From a virus (taxonomy: Duplodnaviria > Caudoviricetes), in the IMG/VR virus record IMGVR_UViG_3300021963_007290, positions 38,867 to 102,866 of that record: a DNA stretch of 64,000 nt. The stretch is one strand, 5' to 3'. Positions 9,614-17,827 of this stretch are shown here, in pieces. A program made the position numbers and the translations under genes. Within the stretch, counting starts at the first letter, position 1. Every line of letters starts with the position of its first letter. The notes under the pieces were generated by a model. That model did no database searches. It was not told the origin of the DNA and saw only the letters and a list, made by a program, of their open reading frames with translations.

Positions 9614-12600
9614 TGATAACGGCAATAGTAAGAGCAGGATCTGCAATTTCAAAAGGATCAAAATTACTACCAAGAAGTGCTGCTGCAAGTAAGCCCGTTT
9701 TAGCATCTAAATCCGTTAAGTTAGCACCATCATATCCTAAAGTAGATGCCCCTAAAAGGGGAAATGGATTGGTTAAAAGATTGCCAGATGCTTTAGATTT
9801 TGCTTCTTCTTTTGCATCTGCTTTTTCAGATCCTTCTGGAATTGATACTCCCAAGCAAAAGGTAAAAACAAAGAATTGCTGCGATACACTTGTCCCTTTA
9901 GTAGATTCCATATCAAAAAAATTAGTTGATATTGATAAGTTATTAAAGGATGAACTTAAATTTGATAGAAAGAATAGTGACTATCAAAGAAAGAAGAAAG
10001 AGAAGGGTCAATATAAAAAACAAGAAGAAAAATTAGAAACTCCCAAAAAAATAAAGCCAAAAGCAAAACTTTCTCCAGGCGTTCCTGGAATTTCTCTTGG
10101 AGAAAGGATCAAAAGGTTTGTTATGTTCACCCTTTTAGGGTGGTTGGTAGATAAAATATTACCTCTTCTTCCAAAATTAGTTCCAGTTTTTAATGCTGTC
10201 GGAAAAGTAATAAACTTTGGTGTTGAATTATTTGGTGGTTTAGTTAGTGGTCTGTCTAAATTTTTAGAATTTGGAATTAAATTAACCAATGGATTGACCA
10301 AATCTTTGGGATTCATTGCTGGAGCAAGAACAGAACAAGAGTTTTCTGACTTTGAAAAGAAATTTAATAGAATGGTTGATCTTGCAATCTTAGCAGCAAT
10401 GCTGATTGGAGATAGTGGTAGTGATCTTTTTGATGGGTTTGGTAAAGGTAAAGGTAAAGGGGGAAAACCATCGGCATCAAGACCAAAGCCTGGAACTGGT
10501 GGAAGATCTAAAGTAACTACAACTGGTGGAAAAAGTGCCGGTAGATTTGGTAGAATAAAAGAAAGATTTACCGATCCATTCAGACAAAAATCAAAAGTCA
10601 CTACAAGTGGTGGAAGACAAACTGGACTTGGTGGAAGAATAAAGGATCTTCAAGATAAGATAACTCGACCTACTGCGAAAGTCACTACAAGTGGTGGAAA
10701 AAACACGGGCATTTTAGGTCAAATAGGAGAACTTGGAAATAAACTTAAGAAAACAGTTTCTCCAACTAAGATAACTGGAGCATCAACAAAACCTGGATTA
10801 TTAAAAGGTGCTACAGAAGGGACACAAAAACTACTTGCATCTGCTAATAAAAGCAAACTTGTAAAAGGTGCGTCAAGTGTATTTTCAAAAATAAAAGTTC
10901 CTCCTGCTGTCGGTAGAGCTGCTGGTCCAGTAGGAACTGTTTTATTTGCTGGTGTTGAATTTGCTGGAAGAAAAGCATCCGGACAAACAACATCTCAAGC
11001 AGCAGTGGGAACTGGAGCATCAGTTGCTGGTGGTCTTGCTGGTGCTGCAGGTGGTGCTAAAGCTGGTGCTCTTGTCGGTGCTGCAATTGGTGCTCCATTT
11101 GCTGGTGTTGGTGCTGCCCCTGGTGCTGTAATTGGTGGAATTATTGGTGGAATTCTTGGTGGACTTGGTGGATCTTGGGCGGCATCAAAGGTTGCTGATA
11201 CCGCAACAGGTGCTAACAAAGCACAACCAAAACCAGTTGCAAAGCATAATGAGGGTGGTATTGTAAAAAATACACTTGATTTAAAAGGTTCTCTTCCAAG
11301 TTGGTTTGAATCTGCAAACAAAAAGAAAGCATCTACAAAATCATCAATTAAAATTAATCTTCCCAAAAAGAAGAAAGCACAATCTGAAAAACCAGGAAAA
11401 GATATTGGTGGATATGGAGAAATAACAAAATTATTCCCAGATCCAGAAGGGAAAGTTTCTGGAACAGGATCTTCTCAAGGAGGGTCAGCAATAACTTCTG
11501 CCGCACAGAAAAAGGCAGGATTTAATGTATTCAATCCCTTTTCATGGTTTTCTAAAGCTACTTCTGGACCAGCAGCACCAGCACAACCATCTCAAAGATC
11601 ATCTCAACCAAATGCATTATTTGCATTAACAAAGGCATCACAATCACTTAAGAAAATACCTTTTGTTGGTCATTTAATGGGTGCTTCTGTTGATATTGCT
11701 ATGGGACAAAAGCCAGATCGTGATCTTTATCAGACAATGGCAGATTCTGTATTATATCTTGGACAGAAAGCAGCAGAAGGACAAAGTAAAGATATACAAA
11801 CAAATATTCAAAAATTGGCTACTGGTGGAATAGCTTCTATCGCAGAGTCATCTTCATCAATAACTTTAGATTCTGAAAAGGTAGCAACTAAAACCTTAAG
11901 AGATAGTTTAGCTGGTGCTATTGAAATAGGTGCTAATAGTGCTCTCAAGAATGTGAAAGATGAAATTATTTCTGCTAATGTTAGAGGAAATACTTCTCTG
12001 ATCCCAAATAGTACTGAACCTAATAATAATTCTAATAGCACTTTCAATGAAAATTCTAATTTTGGATATGATGACTCTGAGGATTCATCCGGTGATGGTT
12101 CTGATGGAAACTATGATGATACTCCACATGGACAACCAGGAGGTGCGGTAAAAACATCATCTGGATTTAATGCTGGTAAGGGAGATAAGAGTAGAAAAAT
12201 ATTTTTACATTGGACTGCTGGACCACACAATACACCTTTTAGTAATTACCATACAACATTTTTGGGTAACGGTAGTGCTGTTAGATATACTCCTTATGAC
12301 AAAGATAAAGGAACTCATACTGGAGGAGCAAATACAAATTCAGTAGGTCTTTCTATTGCTGCAATGGGTGGAGAAGGGACAGGTCCAAATAATTTTGGAA
12401 AATATCCCCCAACATCTGCTCAAGTAAGTGCTATGGCACTTGAGGCAGCAAGATTAGCAGCTGCTTGGGGATGGGATGAATCCACGATTGATTCAAATAT
12501 AAAAACTCATGGAGAATGGGAAAGATTTGGAACTAGTACTGGAATTCTTTCTGGGAAACCACAAAGGTGGGATTTAGATAAACTTCAACAATCTGATCCG

Positions 12601-15600
12601 GCAAATAGTGGAGGAAATAAACTCCGCAAAATGATAAAGGGATATTTTAAAAAATTAAAGCAAGGAACCACTACCGACTCATCTACTGGAACTACTAAAG
12701 TAACTTCAAGTGGTGCTACTTTACGTGAGATGTCTTTATCATCTGCTATGGAATTGACTGGAGGGACTCCAAGAACCGCAGGAGGTAAACCAGGATCTGG
12801 TGGAAATATAAGTGAATCTAATAAAAAATTACTTAGCTTTATTTCTAAAGGTGAAGGTGGATATAACTCTATGAATAGAGGGGGTGCTGGAGATAGTCCG
12901 GGGGAAGCAAAAAAATATCTTGGAAGAAATTTAACTGAAATGACAGTTGCCGAAGTAATGGCGCACCAGGCAGCTGGTAAACTTCATGCTGCAGGAAGAT
13001 ATCAAATTATTGCAACTACCATGAAATTGGCAGTTTCAAGATCTGGGGTAGACAAGCAATCTAAATTTGATCCAGCAACACAAGATAGATTGGGATTGGC
13101 GTTGATTTATAATGGACAAAGACCAAAATTATCTGCATATCTTAATGGTCGGAGTAATGATATTAATGCTGCTATGTTGGATTTTGCTAAGGAGTGGGCA
13201 TCAGTTCCCGATCCTAGAACTGGCAAATCTTTTTATGGTGGAACCAATGCTTCTCATCATAGTGTAGAATCTGTTAAGCAAGCTTTAATATCGGCCAAAA
13301 AGGGAGGAGGGTCAAGGGGGCAAGATACTGCATCTGGATCAAACACTCCATCCGGACCAGTTCAAAAAGGTCAAATCGTCCAATGGTTGCATGGAAATCC
13401 AAATCGTAAGGGATACGATTATGCTGGGCATGGTACTGCAGACAATGCACATGATCACTTTAGCTTTAAGACAAGATCGGCAGCAGTAGCAGGATTCAAA
13501 GCATTGCAAAAATCTGGATTTAAACCTTATGAGTTTGAGGGATTTGGTAAAGTTGGGAAGCATTCACCAACTGGAGGTCATTTTGGTCCTGTTGGACAAA
13601 GACCAACTTATGATGATACTACTGATGGAACTGCTTTTGATATTCCTTGGGCAACTTATGGAAGTGGTCCAATTGGACCGAAAGATTATGCCAAATCAGA
13701 TCAAGCGGGTAAGATAGTAGGGGCAGCATTTCATGGATCAGAAGTTAAAAAAGGTGGATTATGGAATCTCCATGATAATGAATTTGTTATAGATAAAGAT
13801 ACTGTTGATTTATTTGGAGCAGATTTTTTCAGAGCAGTAAACGCAGTAGAAAATAAAGTGCAACTGCAAAAAGTATATCCAACATTAATTAGTAGAATAG
13901 AAGAATCCGCCAAAGGAAAGGCATATGTCAGACCAGAAGTTTCATATAATGAAAATACATCATCTGACATGTCTTTGGGATCTGCTTCTCAATCCAAACA
14001 AACAACGAGAGATCTTGAAACTTTCAATAAAGAAAAAGAAACTAACACTGAAGAATCTCAACAGAAAGATGATGAAAAGGAAGATAAAAAGAAACAAAAA
14101 GTACAAGTAACGTCAGCAAGTCACCCCCAAACTGGAAGTGGATTTGCAATTAAAGGAGTTACTGATGGTAATGGAAGACCTTTAATTCTTTCTAAGGGTG
14201 GAATAAAGGCATTTGGTGAAATGATGCAGGACTCAAAAGGTGCTGTAAAGGGATCTGATGTTGCAAGTGGGAAGAGAAGTCCTGCTCATAATAAAAAGGT
14301 GGGTGGAGTTCCGAATTCAAATCACTTGGGTGGAAATGCTTTAGATATTCATGGAACATCAGAACCATGGATGAGAAGGAAAGGTAAAGCATATGGATGG
14401 GTTGTCAATGATTATCCAGGGTCTCATGGTGGACACTTTGATTACAAAGGAGAAAATGCCGATGATTCTGGTGATACATTTGCTGCAAGATCTGCTGACG
14501 TTGTGGATGACTCTGTAACTGATTCTCCCCCCTCCGGTGGTGGTCCTTCTGGTGGTGGTCCTTCTGGTGGTGGTCCTTCTGGTGGTGGACGTTCCCTCGG
14601 AGGTTCTTCCCCTGAAGATGGATTTGTGGATGTTGATTCGGAACCATCAGAATCTTTAGTCCCTGGAGCACCAAGACCAAAAGGTGGCAAGTTTAGTCCT
14701 GCTGCACCAATGGCTAAGGGGGCAGTGGGAGTTGATGATAAATTATTTAAAGAACTTGGGGCAAGTTCTGAAGATTGGGATATATTTAGAAATACTGTAG
14801 CACATATTGAATCTAAAGGTGCTTATGATATTGCTGGAGGAAGTGGTGGGCATTATGATGGAAGATATCAAATGGGAGAAGATGCTAAAACGGATGCCGC
14901 AAAAGTACTTGGTATCCCAAATCCTGGGCATAGTGCGGCAGATAGGGCAGCATATAGAAGTAAACCAGAACTGCAAGAAAAAATGTTTGCGGCATATACA
15001 ATAGCAAATCATAGATATTTGATGAGAAATAAAGATTATAAAAATGCATCAGTTGAAAGAAAATTGCAAATTCTTGGATATGCACATAATCAAGGAATGG
15101 GTGGAGCAGAAAAATGGTTAAGAACTGGCGAAGTTGGTGCTGATGGGTTTGGAACAAAAGGCACAAAATATACTGATGCACTTGCTGCAAACTTTAAAGC
15201 AAGAGATAAAGCAATTAAAGATGGAACATACGGCAAAGATGATAAAGATAAACCAAGTGGTAAAGATGATCCAGGTTCTACGGGATCAATTGCTGCTGGA
15301 GATTATAGTATTGACACTAAAAATGAATTTTTAAAATCTGCTGGCACTGGAAAACTTAAGCATGGTCGTGCGGGTGATGGACTGTGTACATCAAATGTTT
15401 TATACGGATTGGATAAACTCGGGCATACTTTTGCACCACAAGGAACTGCAGGAGATTCTTCAAATCCGAGAGGATTAGTATCGCAATTAGTTGGAGGCAG
15501 TGGATTTACTTCAATTCCTGGATTGGGATCTGAGCAAACTATAGAGAGTCCTTATGGAAATGTAAAGGCAAGAGTCGTTCCTTTTAAAGATTATCAAGCA

Positions 15601-16254
15601 GCTGTAGAAAAGGGACTTATTCCAAGTGGTGCATTTCTTTTTTCAACCAGATATAAAAGTTGGAATCAACAAACTGGAGGATCTTCAGGATTTGATACAG
15701 CAATTGCCAGAGAAGGAGGAAGAATTGCTTGGAATGGAACTGGATCTCAAGGAAATGCAATTTATGGAGATGCCACTCAATCTGTTATTGTATTGGTTCC
15801 AAAAACAGCAATTAAAGAAAACAAAAAACCAGGAGAAGCAGCAAAACCGGGACAAGCAGCAAAACCGGGACAAGCAGCAAAACCGGGAGGAAAACCAGGA
15901 GCACCAGCAAAACCGGGACAAGCAGCAAAACCGGGAGGAAAACCAAAACAGAATTGGCTGCAATCTGCTGCAAGTAATGTTGCTGGTTTATTGACTGGAA
16001 AGAAAAAATTGGGGGTTATAAAGGCAGAAGGTGGTGGTCAAATAGATTCATCCGGAATTATTGCAAGACCAAAAAGTCCAGACATTGGGAAGTTTGCTTC
16101 TTATGAAGATCCATCTGGACCAGCACCACACATAATTATAGTTCCTTCACCAGCAAAACAATCATCACCCGAAAAACCAAAAGGATCACCTTCGTATTCT
16201 GGAGGTCCCAAGAAATCACCACAACAAGGATATAGTTCACGTAGGAGGTCTTAA
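9613..16254 (+). CDS. giant tape-measure-like protein 2 with multiple peptidoglycan hydrolase-like domains (2213 aa)
   Basis: N-terminus paralogous to the 1959-aa protein. Contains an amidase motif set (IFLHWTAG, YH, HT, NTNSVGLS, IKTHGE), two lysozyme-like domains (AAGRYQII...EWASVP; IES...GRYQMG...AHNQG), M15 peptidase motifs (SNHLGGNALDI...GGHFDY) and a CHAP-like C-terminus. Confidence 0.75.
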   Translation: MITAIVRAGSAISKGSKLLPRSAAASKPVLASKSVKLAPSYPKVDAPKRGNGLVKRLPDALDFASSFASAFSDPSGIDTPKQKVKTKNCCDTLVPLVDSISKKLVDIDKLLKDELKFDRKNSDYQRKKKEKGQYKKQEEKLETPKKIKPKAKLSPGVPGISLGERIKRFVMFTLLGWLVDKILPLLPKLVPVFNAVGKVINFGVELFGGLVSGLSKFLEFGIKLTNGLTKSLGFIAGARTEQEFSDFEKKFNRMVDLAILAAMLIGDSGSDLFDGFGKGKGKGGKPSASRPKPGTGGRSKVTTTGGKSAGRFGRIKERFTDPFRQKSKVTTSGGRQTGLGGRIKDLQDKITRPTAKVTTSGGKNTGILGQIGELGNKLKKTVSPTKITGASTKPGLLKGATEGTQKLLASANKSKLVKGASSVFSKIKVPPAVGRAAGPVGTVLFAGVEFAGRKASGQTTSQAAVGTGASVAGGLAGAAGGAKAGALVGAAIGAPFAGVGAAPGAVIGGIIGGILGGLGGSWAASKVADTATGANKAQPKPVAKHNEGGIVKNTLDLKGSLPSWFESANKKKASTKSSIKINLPKKKKAQSEKPGKDIGGYGEITKLFPDPEGKVSGTGSSQGGSAITSAAQKKAGFNVFNPFSWFSKATSGPAAPAQPSQRSSQPNALFALTKASQSLKKIPFVGHLMGASVDIAMGQKPDRDLYQTMADSVLYLGQKAAEGQSKDIQTNIQKLATGGIASIAESSSSITLDSEKVATKTLRDSLAGAIEIGANSALKNVKDEIISANVRGNTSLIPNSTEPNNNSNSTFNENSNFGYDDSEDSSGDGSDGNYDDTPHGQPGGAVKTSSGFNAGKGDKSRKIFLHWTAGPHNTPFSNYHTTFLGNGSAVRYTPYDKDKGTHTGGANTNSVGLSIAAMGGEGTGPNNFGKYPPTSAQVSAMALEAARLAAAWGWDESTIDSNIKTHGEWERFGTSTGILSGKPQRWDLDKLQQSDPANSGGNKLRKMIKGYFKKLKQGTTTDSSTGTTKVTSSGATLREMSLSSAMELTGGTPRTAGGKPGSGGNISESNKKLLSFISKGEGGYNSMNRGGAGDSPGEAKKYLGRNLTEMTVAEVMAHQAAGKLHAAGRYQIIATTMKLAVSRSGVDKQSKFDPATQDRLGLALIYNGQRPKLSAYLNGRSNDINAAMLDFAKEWASVPDPRTGKSFYGGTNASHHSVESVKQALISAKKGGGSRGQDTASGSNTPSGPVQKGQIVQWLHGNPNRKGYDYAGHGTADNAHDHFSFKTRSAAVAGFKALQKSGFKPYEFEGFGKVGKHSPTGGHFGPVGQRPTYDDTTDGTAFDIPWATYGSGPIGPKDYAKSDQAGKIVGAAFHGSEVKKGGLWNLHDNEFVIDKDTVDLFGADFFRAVNAVENKVQLQKVYPTLISRIEESAKGKAYVRPEVSYNENTSSDMSLGSASQSKQTTRDLETFNKEKETNTEESQQKDDEKEDKKKQKVQVTSASHPQTGSGFAIKGVTDGNGRPLILSKGGIKAFGEMMQDSKGAVKGSDVASGKRSPAHNKKVGGVPNSNHLGGNALDIHGTSEPWMRRKGKAYGWVVNDYPGSHGGHFDYKGENADDSGDTFAARSADVVDDSVTDSPPSGGGPSGGGPSGGGPSGGGRSLGGSSPEDGFVDVDSEPSESLVPGAPRPKGGKFSPAAPMAKGAVGVDDKLFKELGASSEDWDIFRNTVAHIESKGAYDIAGGSGGHYDGRYQMGEDAKTDAAKVLGIPNPGHSAADRAAYRSKPELQEKMFAAYTIANHRYLMRNKDYKNASVERKLQILGYAHNQGMGGAEKWLRTGEVGADGFGTKGTKYTDALAANFKARDKAIKDGTYGKDDKDKPSGKDDPGSTGSIAAGDYSIDTKNEFLKSAGTGKLKHGRAGDGLCTSNVLYGLDKLGHTFAPQGTAGDSSNPRGLVSQLVGGSGFTSIPGLGSEQTIESPYGNVKARVVPFKDYQAAVEKGLIPSGAFLFSTRYKSWNQQTGGSSGFDTAIAREGGRIAWNGTGSQGNAIYGDATQSVIVLVPKTAIKENKKPGEAAKPGQAAKPGQAAKPGGKPGAPAKPGQAAKPGGKPKQNWLQSAASNVAGLLTGKKKLGVIKAEGGGQIDSSGIIARPKSPDIGKFASYEDPSGPAPHIIIVPSPAKQSSPEKPKGSPSYSGGPKKSPQQGYSSRRRS
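14530..14589 (+). repeat. 15-bp tandem repeat x4 (PSGGG linker)
   Basis: Approximately (ccttctggtggtggt)4, lying between hydrolase-like domains. Confidence 0.9.
15826..15945 (+). repeat. 18-bp-unit tandem repeat (AAKPGQ/KPG linker)
   Basis: Repeated gcagcaaaaccgggacaa units near the C-terminus of the 2213-aa ORF. Confidence 0.9.
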
Positions 16255-16255
16255 T

Positions 16256-17611
16256 ATGCCTAATAATATTGCAGCTCAAGGTGGAGAATCTATTATAAGA
16301 AAGTTTGAAATTACTTCAAACTATAGTGAAGAACCAACTGACATTAGTAGTGGAATTACAAATTTATCAATTTTTGAAAGTATTTTTGATAGTACTATAA
16401 GAGTAAGTGCTACTTATAGTGATACGGGATATGGAAATAAAAAAGCAAACAGTGAAGAAACATTTAATAATAGTGCTGGAGAAAAAACAGAATTAGTAAT
16501 AGAAGATGCCTTTGGAAAAAAATTGGATTTTACTGGGGATTATCAACTTAGAACTGCCAAGAATGTTAGAGAGGCATATGGTGGAGCAGATACCACAAAA
16601 ACAACCATTAGGACTTTGTTTTATTCGCAAGAATCAATTACAAATAATTATGTAGAAAAAGATGGACACTATTATAGAGTCAGTAAAAAGTACGAACGAA
16701 AAATATCCGATAACGTTTCTACAATATTAAAAGATGTTTTAAAAACACCCAAGGAAGTAGATGTTGATCCATCAAAAAATGATTACAACTTTTTCGGATG
16801 GAACGAAAAAGTATTTCATAAAATTTATTGGTTAGCAAAAAGAACCGTTCCAGAGGGAGTGGGGGGGCAAGGAATTTTAGCTGGATATTTATTTTATGAA
16901 ACTGCAAAGGGAAGTGAAGGTACTCCAGGAGGATATCATTTCAAATCTATAGATCTTTTATTTTCACAAAGTCCAGTGAGAAAGATGATCTTGACAAATA
17001 CTAATGAAATTCCAGCAGGATATTCAAATAAAATATTAAATCATGTTGAACATACAAGTGTGGATTTAGATTCTCATCTCTTAACTGGGGACTTATTTAA
17101 AAGGAAAATGGAAACATTTAATCCTTTTGATAATAAATTTGATAATAGTGATGATTTTGATTTTCAATCTCAAAATTTAGTGACTAATAATGGAGGAAAG
17201 GAATTTTGGAAAATTGCTTCTGATATGAAAGCACAAGATGTTGTAACAAGTTATAACTCAAAGATGTTTGATACTGGAACTACACCAACTGGATCAACTT
17301 GGGAAGAACAAAAAAAAGAATCGAAGGAAATTAACTTTGATATGACGGAAATCATTCGTCAATCTACCAATAGAATAAATCAAATGTTAACTATTCAAAT
17401 GACTGTGGTAATAGCACTTGATCTTGGAATTCATGCTGGTGATATGATCTTTTTAGATTTTCCAGAAATATCAAATTCTGATACTCAAGAGGTAAGTAAG
17501 AACAAAAGTGGTATATATATGGTAATGGATATACATCATAGAATAACTGCTGAAGCAAATTTCACTTCTATTCAGGTTTGCAGAGATACTATTTACAGAA
17601 AGGGAGGTTAA
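16256..17611 (+). CDS. putative baseplate hub protein (gp27-like)
   Basis: Position upstream of g5. Motifs LSIFESIF, GYLFYET..GYHFKSIDLLF, IHAGDMIFLDFP and SGIYMVMDIHH fit the gp27/GPD hub fold. Confidence 0.6.
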   Translation: MPNNIAAQGGESIIRKFEITSNYSEEPTDISSGITNLSIFESIFDSTIRVSATYSDTGYGNKKANSEETFNNSAGEKTELVIEDAFGKKLDFTGDYQLRTAKNVREAYGGADTTKTTIRTLFYSQESITNNYVEKDGHYYRVSKKYERKISDNVSTILKDVLKTPKEVDVDPSKNDYNFFGWNEKVFHKIYWLAKRTVPEGVGGQGILAGYLFYETAKGSEGTPGGYHFKSIDLLFSQSPVRKMILTNTNEIPAGYSNKILNHVEHTSVDLDSHLLTGDLFKRKMETFNPFDNKFDNSDDFDFQSQNLVTNNGGKEFWKIASDMKAQDVVTSYNSKMFDTGTTPTGSTWEEQKKESKEINFDMTEIIRQSTNRINQMLTIQMTVVIALDLGIHAGDMIFLDFPEISNSDTQEVSKNKSGIYMVMDIHHRITAEANFTSIQVCRDTIYRKGG

Positions 17612-17614
17612 CCA

Positions 17615-17827
17615 ATGGATAGTATAGAAGACCATATTCAAAAAGATAAAAAAATCTTAGACGATCCAACAACTTCTCCACAAAATCGTAGACATATTGA
17701 AGACGAATTGGAGCAGTTGGAATCATATCATGAAAAACATCCAGAAGATCATCATGATCCATCATCTTTAGAATTGTATTGTGACAAAAACCCAGACGCT
17801 TTAGAGTGTAGAATTTACGAGGATTAA
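17615..17827 (+). CDS. cp12: CP12 Calvin-cycle regulator (phage type, C-terminal Cys pair only)
   Basis: C-terminus DPSSLELYCDKNPDALECRIYED matches the CP12 signature; 70 aa, acidic. Confidence 0.92.
   Translation: MDSIEDHIQKDKKILDDPTTSPQNRRHIEDELEQLESYHEKHPEDHHDPSSLELYCDKNPDALECRIYED

Noticed and set aside
7882-11366. Long antisense ORFs (295, 197, 129, 123 aa) within the giant genes
   Set aside because: Expected shadows of Gly/Ala/Lys-rich coding sequence, with no recognisable motifs or promoters.
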